64,000 nt of DNA from the IMG/VR virus record IMGVR_UViG_3300010372_000004, positions 10,659-74,658 of that record, one strand, 5' to 3'. The first letter of the stretch is position 1, and each line of letters opens with the position of its first letter. The position numbers were made by a program, and so were the translations under genes. The notes under the pieces are model-generated. The model was not told the DNA's origin, did not search any database, and saw only the letters and a program-made list of their open reading frames with translations. Of this stretch, positions 46,367-56,091 are shown one piece after another. Source of the stretch: a virus.

Positions 46367-47280
46367 GTAATTTTGATTATTCTCAAAAATTTAGTCGTCG
46401 GGTCATTAATGACCCACGGCTAAAGCGGTTCATTTGGGATTTCCACAATTTTGGTACAACTTATGTTGAGCCTTTTGTCCATGCTTCTATAGGTCCAGAA
46501 GGAACTCAAAATTTTGTACCTTATAGTTCTATTAAACCAGTGAGAAACATCTCACTGGATTTCCCCTTACTTTTATTGCAAGAAGAAGACCATGCGCTAA
46601 TCACAGGGTTGGCATATCGACCAGAGATGGATTTTAATAAATTGAAGGACTTTTATATTGAACATAAAAGCTATAAACCTTTTATTTATGAACACCCCAT
46701 TTATGGAGATATGACAGTTAGATTTGCTAAACCAATTGCCATGCCTAAAAAAATAAAAGGTGGTGTAGGTGTGGTGCAAAACTTTACAGTAGAATTACAA
46801 GAAGTTGTCACCACAGACTATACATTTCAAAAAGGTGAGAATTATCAAGGAGATATGGTTTTTCCAGTAGGTTATTATGATGTTGAAATTGATTATCCTG
46901 ACAACTCAAATCTAATCCCTTTGGGAAACAACTACACAATGGCTTTCTACTCTGTGGCTAAAAATTTGAGAGTTTTTAAGTTAACATGTAGTGGTTTGAA
47001 ATACTTTATAGACTCAGACAACAAAATCAGACTGGGTCCTTGTCCTGATCAAAACATGGCTTTATTGGAAATGTTCTATTTAAAGTATAGACTTAATTCC
47101 AGATTCAATTTTGAATATATGGGAGAAGTTATTCCTGTCCGTTTTCAGCAGCCAATAAGTATTCCAAAAATTAACGGAAATACTGGTATAATTTCAGACT
47201 TAGAACTAACCCTTATTGAAACACCTTACAAAACTTCAGAAAAAGGAACCGTGTATGAGCGAGGTGATAAACTTAGTTAA
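46363..47280 (+). CDS. Distal tail protein (gpM/Dit-like), tandem-duplicated domain
   Basis: Follows the tape measure gene; two copies of 'FY.....F..E......VRF..PI..PK...G.G......L.E'. Confidence 0.65.
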   Translation: MSNFDYSQKFSRRVINDPRLKRFIWDFHNFGTTYVEPFVHASIGPEGTQNFVPYSSIKPVRNISLDFPLLLLQEEDHALITGLAYRPEMDFNKLKDFYIEHKSYKPFIYEHPIYGDMTVRFAKPIAMPKKIKGGVGVVQNFTVELQEVVTTDYTFQKGENYQGDMVFPVGYYDVEIDYPDNSNLIPLGNNYTMAFYSVAKNLRVFKLTCSGLKYFIDSDNKIRLGPCPDQNMALLEMFYLKYRLNSRFNFEYMGEVIPVRFQQPISIPKINGNTGIISDLELTLIETPYKTSEKGTVYERGDKLS

Positions 47281-47734
47281 TGCTTCAAATCTTGAACAAA
47301 TTAAAAAAGTTAATTTGTTCAAGATTGTCACAGTTGATCAAAATGAAATATACATGTGCGACACATTCACTGTTTCTGATTTTTTAGGTGATGAATATCG
47401 CTTTATGTCCTGTGCCTTACAAGGTGCAGGGCAATCTTTTACAAATGAATATGTTAGACCTCAGTTTTCATTTGAAAACCCAAACTTCATGTTCAACCAA
47501 TATGTATTAGAAAAGAATCTTGATTACGCACAAATCATTCATTATGAAATGATTTTTGATACTTCAGAAGGTGTCAATGGTCAAGTAATCTCTACAAATG
47601 TTTGGCAAATTTATCAAGTATCCAACGTAGGTACTCAAATCACGGTTAAGTTAAGAGCCTTATCTGATTGTCCAAACACAAATATTCCCCCACGCTCTTA
47701 TTATGCCCCAGAGTTTTCGAGTGTTAATGTCTAA
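47255..47734 (+). CDS. Minor tail protein L-like, lacking the C-terminal Cys domain (start MSEVI)
   Basis: 'Y....C...G.......RP....N' pattern; ends at 'PPRSY'. Confidence 0.6.
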   Translation: MSEVINLVNASNLEQIKKVNLFKIVTVDQNEIYMCDTFTVSDFLGDEYRFMSCALQGAGQSFTNEYVRPQFSFENPNFMFNQYVLEKNLDYAQIIHYEMIFDTSEGVNGQVISTNVWQIYQVSNVGTQITVKLRALSDCPNTNIPPRSYYAPEFSSVNV

Positions 47735-48207
47735 TGATTGAATATAAATTTTATCAAGAGTTAATGGAAAGGAATTACAAAATGGGTGAGACCGATTGCT
47801 TTGGTCTCATTCGTGATTTGTATGATAAAAAATATGGTATTCTTCTGCCAAATTTTGCTCGTCCTAAAAACTTTTTTGACCCAAGAATTAATGTTTATGC
47901 ACGAATAGTGGCTGAACCTTATTTTAAAGAAAGAGGTTTGTGTCCTACTACCTTTAAAGAAGGGGATATTTTAGCTTTCCGAATTGGTACAGACTTAGTC
48001 AACCATGTTGGGGTTTATTTAGGAAATAAACTTTTTTTACATCAAATGTTTAATGCTCAACCAAGAGAAGAAAATTTAGACGATAGATGGTTGAGACGTT
48101 TGTATATGGCACATTACCATGTGGATGTTCCTGTCGTGAAAAAGAAATTGAACATTTTAGATGTTATGCCAAATTACCTAAAGGCTGAAAGATATGTTGA
48201 ACAATAA
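47734..48207 (+). CDS. NlpC/P60 protein (C-terminal half of lambda gpK)
   Basis: DCFGL...NHVGVYLG...FLH. Confidence 0.85.
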   Translation: MIEYKFYQELMERNYKMGETDCFGLIRDLYDKKYGILLPNFARPKNFFDPRINVYARIVAEPYFKERGLCPTTFKEGDILAFRIGTDLVNHVGVYLGNKLFLHQMFNAQPREENLDDRWLRRLYMAHYHVDVPVVKKKLNILDVMPNYLKAERYVEQ

Positions 48208-48493
48208 TTGGAATCCTATTGAGGAACTTTGTGGTTACATTGCAGAAGACGGCTCCTTGGTAGAATTAAAAAATTTGTCTTCAAACCCAAAAATGGGTTT
48301 TTCTGTTAATATTGATGAAGTTCCAGAAGATGCTCAAGGCTTGTGGCACAGCCACCCTAGTAATGATTTAAATTTATCTGTTGAAGATTATTTAAACTTC
48401 TTACAATTCCCTCAATATATTCATAGAATATATGGGAAAGATAGTTATGCTGAATATTACGTCAGAAGCAACGTAGTATATCGCAAGGAGTAA
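48194..48493 (+). CDS. JAB/MPN metalloprotease-like protein (N-terminal half of lambda gpK)
   Basis: EELCGYI...WHSHP...LSVED. Confidence 0.85.
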   Translation: MLNNNWNPIEELCGYIAEDGSLVELKNLSSNPKMGFSVNIDEVPEDAQGLWHSHPSNDLNLSVEDYLNFLQFPQYIHRIYGKDSYAEYYVRSNVVYRKE

Positions 48494-48495
48494 AA

Positions 48496-49293
48496 ATGCT
48501 TATAGTGTTCGAAGAATCTTTAAGAGATTTATTTCCAGAAGGTACTTATGACATTAAAGCATCCACACCATTGGATGCTTTAAAGTTATTAGCTACCAAC
48601 CACCCTTTGGTTGATAAAATAAGACCAAGGGCTGTGAGAATTAGACAAATAAAGGACTTGAGTTTATTAACTGACCCAAGCCTTCAAAGTAAAACCTTTG
48701 AAATTATTCCAGCTGATCACAATGAATTAAACAAAGCTTTTTATTCAGGCGCAGGCGGTGACAACGGCTGGGTAAATGTCATTATCGGTGTCGTGATCAT
48801 TGTCGTAGCTGTAGTCGCTGCCCCAGTCAGTGGTGGTTCATCTTTAGCAGCTGGTGGTGCAGCCGTAGGCGGTGGTGCTGCAGCAACTACAGGTTTTTCT
48901 TATGCAGCTTTTGCAGCACAAATGGCTATGTCAATTGGTGTTTCATTAGTTCTGACTGGACTTATGCAATTATTGGCTCCCAAGCCGAAAGATGCTGAAG
49001 GTAATAAAAGTTCACGAAAATTTGGAACTCAAACAACTACAGAACTAGGTGCACCCATTCAAATGATTTTTGGCTTACACAGAGCTTATTTTCATTTAAT
49101 TAGTTTCAATGTCGATGCCAGAAAGTACGATGGTGTAGATCGACCCGATGATTCCCCTTACTTTAAAGAAAAAGTAGATGAACATTTACCTGAAGCAAAT
49201 TTGAACCGCTTCTATGGTATTTACCAAGCAGGGGATGAAACTAAGTTGCTACAGGTAAATAATGAAATAAACCGTACAGGTATGGAGTATTAA
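48496..49293 (+). CDS. Tail assembly protein I-like
   Basis: Ubiquitin-like N-terminus, GAG.. cleavage-type motif, Gly/Ala hydrophobic stretch, 'G.PI..IFG'. Confidence 0.8.
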   Translation: MLIVFEESLRDLFPEGTYDIKASTPLDALKLLATNHPLVDKIRPRAVRIRQIKDLSLLTDPSLQSKTFEIIPADHNELNKAFYSGAGGDNGWVNVIIGVVIIVVAVVAAPVSGGSSLAAGGAAVGGGAAATTGFSYAAFAAQMAMSIGVSLVLTGLMQLLAPKPKDAEGNKSSRKFGTQTTTELGAPIQMIFGLHRAYFHLISFNVDARKYDGVDRPDDSPYFKEKVDEHLPEANLNRFYGIYQAGDETKLLQVNNEINRTGMEY

Positions 49294-49294
49294 A

Positions 49295-52200
49295 ATGGGT
49301 GGTAAAAAGGGTAAATCCCCAACAATTACAGCTGATAACTTATATAGCCAAGACATTTTAGAGATTGGAGCAGCTATCGGCAATGGTACTATTTACGGTT
49401 TAGAAAAAGGACTGGAATCTTTCTATATTGGAAATATCCCTTTCCAATCAGAAACAGGCACATATAATTTCCAAGATGTTTGTGTCAGTTTTAGACAAGG
49501 ATATTATGATGATCTACCTTTAAAATATATTATGGGTGGTGAAGGTTCTATTATTCAAGAAACTGTAGGTATGACCTTACCAGCAGAAGTGACTCGAACA
49601 ATCATTACGCCAGCAACCCATCGTGGGCGTATTAAACAAATTGATGTTCGTTTTTTAGTTTCTATGCTTTATGCAGGGGACTCTAAAGGTAATACAAGAA
49701 CCAGTAGTTTGTTAATGTCGATTAAATACAGAAAAGTAGGCGACACCGTCTGGTCAAAAGTTACAGAAACAACAGCATCGTTATATTCATCAAAATCACA
49801 AACAGACACCTTACGTCAAGAAGCATCAAGACGAGGTTTAAATTATGATGCCATGACAGAAGCGGATAAAGTCACTTTTGCCAATGAAGTATTGACCGAT
49901 AATCAGATTATTACCAGTGCCGATGACTTAAAACAAACCTACATCCCTTCTGGTTATGGAGGGGGCTTTGGTTTATCTGGTTTACAAGGTATGAGTGTTC
50001 AGGCAATTCAAGCACAAAAAAGAGCTGAAGCTATTCGTCAACAAATTTCAAATAACCAAGCTATAATAGATGCTTATAACGCAGGGGCTTTAACTATTGA
50101 AGGTAAAACCACTGGTGGTTATATTTATGAAGTGAGTATCCCTATTTTTGATAATGAGGGAGATAATCATGATTGGGAAATTCAAATCACTAGATTGTCT
50201 AAAGAGCTAACTTCTGAGGAAAAGAAATTTTCAAACAAGCAAATCTCTTTAGAATCTATGGCTTTGATCACTGATCAAGAAAAGATATATAGAAAAACAG
50301 CAATATGTCATATTGTGGCGCAGCACACAGACCGCTTTGATACCATTCCAGATTTCTCTGGGGATTTCTATGGTCTAATTTGTGATATTCCCTCTAATTA
50401 TAATCCCTTCGAACACACTTACGATGAAGCCACACCTTGGGATGGAACATATAAAAAAGGTTGGACCAATAACCCTTTTTGGATTTTACGTGAATTGATC
50501 ATGAATCAAGACTGGGGTTTACGTTCAATAGAAAGAAAAATGCAAGTGGACAATGCTAATTTCTACACCTTAGCAAAATATTGTGATTTTAAAGTCCCTA
50601 CCTTCGACGGTAAACTTGCTCCACGATATACTTTTAATGAAGTTGTTCAGCAAAAAACTAAAATTAAAGAATATATCAATTATGTAGCTGGGGCTGTGCA
50701 TACGACTTTGCGTGAAATTAATGGTGTTTATTATGCTTTTATGGATAAACCAAACACACCTAAATTTTTCGTAACGCCTGAAATGATTCTGCAGACTAAT
50801 TTTCAATATAGTTCTGCTGATTTAGAGTCAAAATATAATTCAGTAAATGTTACTTTTCTCAATGCTGAGAATAACTATCAGCAAGATCGACGAACTGTAA
50901 TTGATAATCCGTCAATTGAAAAATATGGGATAATCCCTTATGAATTTCAAGCTGTCGGTTGTACTAATGTTACGGAAGCAATTCGTCAAGCAGTTTATGC
51001 TTTATTAACCAACCGTGATGAAGACATTTTTACAACCTTCAACTTGCCACGGCTCGGACACTTGGTGAATATTTACGATCATTTCTATATTGCTCATAAA
51101 GAAAATGGTTGGGGAAATCACGCTCGTATTTTGCAATATGACACAGTAACCAGAACAGTTCATTTAAGAGACCCAATTTTTGAAGGGACTTACACCTTAT
51201 ACTATCACACCCCTTTTGGCATAGGCTCAGTTTCAGTACATAGTCAAGACCCTTATTCTTTAAGAATCTTAGGTGAATTTTTTGATAGTGAATATCTTCA
51301 AGAAGAAACCCCAATCGCTATCAGTGGTGGGGTCTATGGTCAACCAAAAGTGTTTCGAGTTTTAGGTATTATGCAAGATGACACCACAGGGGCATCAGGT
51401 GGTGAAGTGTTTGAGTTTAAAGCAGCAACAGTTTCTGAAAATAAATTTTTGGCTGTAGATAATGTTAATAATCCAGAACTTGTAAATTTAACATTCGATG
51501 TAACTGACACTATCTATAAGCGAGAACCAACTCCTACAGCACCAGAAAATGTTCGTTTACGATACAAAGACTGGTCATCATATAATGGTCAATTGGTTTA
51601 TCAACTTTCCTTCAATACTGAAGTTAAAGCATATTACTATGACGTTGTCTGGGTAGATGAAACTACAGGTGAAAGAAGAAATAAACGAATTTTTGGACAG
51701 GGTGGAGAACTATTCCCAGCGTTTGATCGTGAAACCAATAAGGTCTCATTATTTATTACGCCATTCAATTCGAAAGGAGAAGCTGGTTATACAAAATATA
51801 TTCGTGATATTGTACCTTATGTAGATGCAGAAACGAAATTACCAATCTTGCAAGGTATTGAGTCTGTAGGTTCAAGTATTAAAGTAAAATGGTCAGCTGA
51901 AACATCAGATATGTTCCCATACACCTTTAAATACTTTTCTTACATGACACCGAAAGAGACTGTGACAAATATTGTTCTGAAGCCAACGGATACTGAATAT
52001 TCTGTACCAAACCAAGGTGAAGGTAAATACTCATTCCAATTGGTTTATGATCAGGACGGTTCTGGTTCTAAAATGTCTTCTGAAGTTTGGCATTATAATT
52101 CAACTACAAGTGGTTTCTATATCCAACCACAGATTAATAGCATAACTTCAAGTAAGAAAAATGAAGATGGTTCTTCCGCTTCTGGTACGAAAGTTTTCCC

Positions 52201-52480
52201 TCAATTAACTGTCACAGTTGCTGAGTGGATGACAAATAAAGATTTAAATCAATTAACCAATCCGTTTGCTATTCGTCATGAAAACACAGTCGGTGGTGGT
52301 GATTATGTCTTTTTATCTGGTGATTTCTATGTTCTTAAAACAGGAGATACTACAGCCAGAATTGTTATTTCTAAAGAGATTGAAGTTGGAGCCAATTTGC
52401 AAATCAGGGTTCAGAACCAATGGGGTACAACAACGTCACCTTGGTCAGAAGCTTTAGTTCCAGCAGCACCTACAACTTAA
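49295..52480 (+). CDS. Central tail tip / host specificity protein J-like
   Basis: 'IPSNYNP', 'WDGTYK.GWTNNP.W', 'YCD..V', 'PRYTFN', 'GCT...EAIR'; C-terminal FnIII-like domains. Confidence 0.9.
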   Translation: MGGKKGKSPTITADNLYSQDILEIGAAIGNGTIYGLEKGLESFYIGNIPFQSETGTYNFQDVCVSFRQGYYDDLPLKYIMGGEGSIIQETVGMTLPAEVTRTIITPATHRGRIKQIDVRFLVSMLYAGDSKGNTRTSSLLMSIKYRKVGDTVWSKVTETTASLYSSKSQTDTLRQEASRRGLNYDAMTEADKVTFANEVLTDNQIITSADDLKQTYIPSGYGGGFGLSGLQGMSVQAIQAQKRAEAIRQQISNNQAIIDAYNAGALTIEGKTTGGYIYEVSIPIFDNEGDNHDWEIQITRLSKELTSEEKKFSNKQISLESMALITDQEKIYRKTAICHIVAQHTDRFDTIPDFSGDFYGLICDIPSNYNPFEHTYDEATPWDGTYKKGWTNNPFWILRELIMNQDWGLRSIERKMQVDNANFYTLAKYCDFKVPTFDGKLAPRYTFNEVVQQKTKIKEYINYVAGAVHTTLREINGVYYAFMDKPNTPKFFVTPEMILQTNFQYSSADLESKYNSVNVTFLNAENNYQQDRRTVIDNPSIEKYGIIPYEFQAVGCTNVTEAIRQAVYALLTNRDEDIFTTFNLPRLGHLVNIYDHFYIAHKENGWGNHARILQYDTVTRTVHLRDPIFEGTYTLYYHTPFGIGSVSVHSQDPYSLRILGEFFDSEYLQEETPIAISGGVYGQPKVFRVLGIMQDDTTGASGGEVFEFKAATVSENKFLAVDNVNNPELVNLTFDVTDTIYKREPTPTAPENVRLRYKDWSSYNGQLVYQLSFNTEVKAYYYDVVWVDETTGERRNKRIFGQGGELFPAFDRETNKVSLFITPFNSKGEAGYTKYIRDIVPYVDAETKLPILQGIESVGSSIKVKWSAETSDMFPYTFKYFSYMTPKETVTNIVLKPTDTEYSVPNQGEGKYSFQLVYDQDGSGSKMSSEVWHYNSTTSGFYIQPQINSITSSKKNEDGSSASGTKVFPQLTVTVAEWMTNKDLNQLTNPFAIRHENTVGGGDYVFLSGDFYVLKTGDTTARIVISKEIEVGANLQIRVQNQWGTTTSPWSEALVPAAPTT

Positions 52481-52487
52481 ACTAAAA

Positions 52488-52525
52488 ATAATAAAAAGCC
52501 CTCAATAATGAGGGCTTTTTATTAT
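52488..52525. terminator. Bidirectional terminator between convergent operons
   Basis: ATAATAAAAAGCCCTCA-ataa-TGAGGGCTTTTTATTAT. Confidence 0.9.
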
Positions 52526-52530
52526 ATGTT

Positions 52531-53580
52531 TTATGTATTCATCAAATCAGCATACTTATGAGCATCTTTTTTGAAATCAGCTGGTGGGTATTCCCATTCC
52601 CCAACAAGTGCTCCAATTTGATAGTTTGTTCCAGCAGTTTCAAAGAAGTTATCTAATGATGCTGAGAACAACATTGAAGCCCATTCTAATTCAAGAATAT
52701 TCGATGTGCCGTAAATTGTTTCTACACCAATGTTCAATTTTTTAATACGAACATCGGCAAGCTGTTTCAAGAACATTTCAATTTGATCAACAGTTAGATC
52801 GTGCAATGGTCCACGCTTTAACACAGCCTTGGCATAATTCACACCACGTTGAACAGAATTTTTAAACATAGCAATAACTACATTTTGTAAATTCTCTAAA
52901 CGATTGTTTTTATTAATAATTTCCTTATTTTCTTCAAGTTCTGTGTTGAAGAATTTAGTCAGAATAGTGCAATGATGATTTTCATCACGTGATGACCAAG
53001 ACACAATTTCTTGACCCAGTGCTTTCATTTTACCAAAACGCTGGTCGTTTAAAAGCATCAAGAAAATACCATATAAACCAATGCCTTCCCCACAAATATG
53101 ACGACATAAAGTGGTTAATCGTTGATATAGATCATCCGACTCTGCTTGTTGAATCATGAAATCATGCTGTTCTGCAATCTCGTCAATTGCTAACATTTCC
53201 GCATAACCAGTTTTTGGGAACCCTAACTGGTCAGGTAACATATCATAATTGTCAACATGAGTAAGTTCACGGTCAATGATTCTACCTATGACCATGCGTA
53301 GTTCAGGTTGACGATACCATTTGGCTAAGTTGTCAAAATAAGATTCAGCAACATCCACATCTGCTTGAACGAAGTAATTTAGCAAGAATTGGCGAGGTGC
53401 ACGTTCTTCAGGAGTCATATTTCGCCAATCTGCAACATCTTCGTGCATGGTCCGAACTTCTTCTTTAGTCCAGTTCATGCGACGATGTTCTTCCGCAAAA
53501 TCATAAGCCCATTGGTACTTGAACGGCTGATAATAAGGTCTTTTAGATGTTAAAGTTAATTCAGGCATGGTTTTACTCAC
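52531..53580 (-). CDS. nrdB: Ribonucleotide reductase class Ia, beta subunit
   Basis: PFKYQWA; ligand motifs QADVDV, RELTHVDNY (radical Tyr), GEG, RDENHH. Confidence 0.95.
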   Translation of the reverse strand: MSKTMPELTLTSKRPYYQPFKYQWAYDFAEEHRRMNWTKEEVRTMHEDVADWRNMTPEERAPRQFLLNYFVQADVDVAESYFDNLAKWYRQPELRMVIGRIIDRELTHVDNYDMLPDQLGFPKTGYAEMLAIDEIAEQHDFMIQQAESDDLYQRLTTLCRHICGEGIGLYGIFLMLLNDQRFGKMKALGQEIVSWSSRDENHHCTILTKFFNTELEENKEIINKNNRLENLQNVVIAMFKNSVQRGVNYAKAVLKRGPLHDLTVDQIEMFLKQLADVRIKKLNIGVETIYGTSNILELEWASMLFSASLDNFFETAGTNYQIGALVGEWEYPPADFKKDAHKYADLMNT

Positions 53581-55588
53581 AAGCTAGGCATTCTTCAAAA
53601 AGTTGTGGACGATCATAATCAATTGTATTAGCAATTTGAACATAATCAGCGAAGGCATCATTGTTATTTAAGGCTTCAGTACGGCAATAATAACGAGACT
53701 TCAAACCTTTAGCCCACATTTTAAAATGTAATGCGTTCACATATTTACGTGGAGTTTTAGGTTTAATAAATAGGTTTGTAGAGATCGCTTGACAAACAAA
53801 TGGTTGAGCAGCTGCAGCATGTTCAACAACCCACATCTGATCAATTTCAAAAGCAGTTCTGGTGTACTTACGTTCATGGTCCGTAAATTCAGAAATTGCC
53901 TGAGTTGAACCATTTGAATCTTTAATTTTCTTGATGGTCTCTGGGTTATTGATGTTGTAGCGATCAAGTAAACGCACCACCGCTGGTTCAACAACTTCAA
54001 AAGTACCCGACTTGGTTTTTTGAGGGAAAATATTTTTGAAGCGTTTTTCCATTGCAGGGGAAATACCGCCAGCAATTGTAGAATTGGTTGCAGTAGGTGC
54101 AACAGCTAGAAGATGTGAATTACGTCTACCTGTACCTTGCATATCTGGGGCTTCGCCACGGGTTGCGCCAAGATTTAAAGAAGCTTTAACTGCAGACTCT
54201 TTAATCCACTTAAATGTTTCGTGTGTAATCGCCACGGCTTGGTTCGATTCATAAGCAATTTCTTTGCTCATTAAATAAGAGTCAAGACCCATTAAACCTA
54301 AGCCAATTGCACGTTCACGTTTAGCAGAATAAACCGCTTTTTTATAACCCATGATGTGTTTTTCAACAACATTTCGAGCCATACGTTCCACGATAGGTTC
54401 AATATCAATTAGCTCTTTATTGACTTTAGTAATTGCTTTAGATAAAGACTTTTCAGAGTCATCATCTGAGCCAAAGATTGCATCAGTTAAATCAGCACGA
54501 ATAGTGTCACGAAGTTCTGTCCAGTGGAAATCTTTAGTACAAGCGTAAATGGCATTTTGAATAAAATATTCCAGTACGTTGTCTAAGAACTCAACCATGT
54601 CGGCAATAAATTGTTCATTCCCAAACCATTCGTCACGTTTAAGTTGGTTAACAGAAGAAAGACAACATACCGCAGTACGGAACTCATCAGTAGCTAATGT
54701 AATTTCAGTACAGATATTGACAGTGTTTACACGTAAGCCGAGAGCTTTTTGAACACTTGGCAGCATATCGTTCGAGTTATCAATCCAATGAATAAATGGA
54801 CAGCCCATTTCAAATGGGTTTTCCATCATCATTTCCCAAAGATAACGAGCACGAATAACTTCTACAGTATTCCCTTGGTGATCAATTAAAGCCCAATCTG
54901 CATCTTCAATAACCGCATACATAAATGCATCAGATACGTTTACTGTTTGGAAAACATTTCGAGAGCGTTTATTGTTATCCCCTGTCATTTTACGAGATTC
55001 AATAAACTGAATAATTTCTGGATGGTTATCTCGGATTGAGCCACCGTACACACCACGACGATTATTACCTTGGTGTGTGGCAACAATCATACCATCAGTA
55101 ACATGGAAAAATGGAATCAAACCACCAGTTTTAGAACCAGTTGTTGTCGTTGAATTAATTGGACGGAGATCACCCCAATATGCTTTATAACCACCACCGC
55201 CAGAAGCTAACCATAATTGTTCATAATAATGGAAACCAATTTGTTCACGTGAATCACCAACGTAACCTAAGAAACAAGAAATAGGTAATGCACCAAGGAC
55301 CGATTCAAAACAATCTGGTGTAAAGTTTTTTGACCATTCTTCTGCAAATTTTGTACGCACTGGTGCGTTTGAAAGAACTGGTGAAGCAAAACCAACCCAT
55401 TGGTTGCTGGCATAGCCGTACATTCGCAAAGCATGAGCTTCATTTGAAGCAAATGCTGTAGCTGTTCGCATGAAGTTTTGTTGTGGAGAGGTTTCGTTTG
55501 GTTTTAAATAACGATCTTTCAGTGTTTCCGTACCAAATGTTGTTAGTAAAGAATCACGTGAGTAATCTATATGTTGTTCAAGTAACAT
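53573..55588 (-). CDS. nrdA: Ribonucleotide reductase class Ia, alpha subunit (no ATP cone)
   Basis: PISCF, NICTEI, VCCLSS, APTAT, YY pair, C-terminal CLACE. Confidence 0.95.
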   Translation of the reverse strand: MLLEQHIDYSRDSLLTTFGTETLKDRYLKPNETSPQQNFMRTATAFASNEAHALRMYGYASNQWVGFASPVLSNAPVRTKFAEEWSKNFTPDCFESVLGALPISCFLGYVGDSREQIGFHYYEQLWLASGGGGYKAYWGDLRPINSTTTTGSKTGGLIPFFHVTDGMIVATHQGNNRRGVYGGSIRDNHPEIIQFIESRKMTGDNNKRSRNVFQTVNVSDAFMYAVIEDADWALIDHQGNTVEVIRARYLWEMMMENPFEMGCPFIHWIDNSNDMLPSVQKALGLRVNTVNICTEITLATDEFRTAVCCLSSVNQLKRDEWFGNEQFIADMVEFLDNVLEYFIQNAIYACTKDFHWTELRDTIRADLTDAIFGSDDDSEKSLSKAITKVNKELIDIEPIVERMARNVVEKHIMGYKKAVYSAKRERAIGLGLMGLDSYLMSKEIAYESNQAVAITHETFKWIKESAVKASLNLGATRGEAPDMQGTGRRNSHLLAVAPTATNSTIAGGISPAMEKRFKNIFPQKTKSGTFEVVEPAVVRLLDRYNINNPETIKKIKDSNGSTQAISEFTDHERKYTRTAFEIDQMWVVEHAAAAQPFVCQAISTNLFIKPKTPRKYVNALHFKMWAKGLKSRYYCRTEALNNNDAFADYVQIANTIDYDRPQLFEECLACE

Positions 55589-55608
55589 AGTTGTTTTTAC
55601 CCATAGAG

Positions 55609-55636
55609 AAAACGGACGCTAAATTGCGTCCGTTTT
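55609..55636. terminator. Hairpin / terminator upstream of nrdA
   Basis: AAAACGGACGC-taaatt-GCGTCCGTTTT. Confidence 0.65.
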
Positions 55637-55700
55637 TGTAGACTTTTATACCATATAATTTAATGGAAATTTAAGGTAAAAAACAGTCTTGACTTTAAGT

Positions 55701-56039
55701 TTATTCTTCTTCTGCAATTAAGATTGCTGCAGCAGCTAGATAATTAATAGCTCCATACAGCTCATTTAATTTAGCTTCTTTAGTTGATAACTGACCTGTT
55801 TCATGAGCTTTTTTAGCAGCTTGACCAAAGTTATAACCAGTGCCATATAAGCGACCTAATTCACAAATTGGTTGTTTATGGAATGGTGCATCACCAATTT
55901 GATGACGAGCATTACCTTTACCATTCTGTGCTTGGTCAAGGGCATTTTCTAAAACCCAGCCTAGCTTTTCATAACCAGAACGTACATTAAGCATCTCTGC
56001 TTTTTTGATAGTTTCTGTTTTTTTATCTGATTCACTCAT
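55701..56039 (-). CDS. Conserved all-alpha phage protein in the nucleotide-metabolism cluster
   Basis: 'QA..GKG..RH.....PF..QPI', 'GQA.KK..E', 'EL.GAINY.AA'; possibly a distant NTP-pyrophosphatase fold (inference). Confidence 0.6.
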   Translation of the reverse strand: MSESDKKTETIKKAEMLNVRSGYEKLGWVLENALDQAQNGKGNARHQIGDAPFHKQPICELGRLYGTGYNFGQAAKKAHETGQLSTKEAKLNELYGAINYLAAAAILIAEEE

Positions 56040-56091
56040 TTGAGTAGTTCCTGTTTTATTGGTTGAGGATGAGATGCAATCTGCATTTTTA

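Noticed and set aside
53573-55588. Intein in NrdA (also considered for primase and helicase)
   Set aside because: Inserts are short and lack C/S-start and HN-C/S/T ends.
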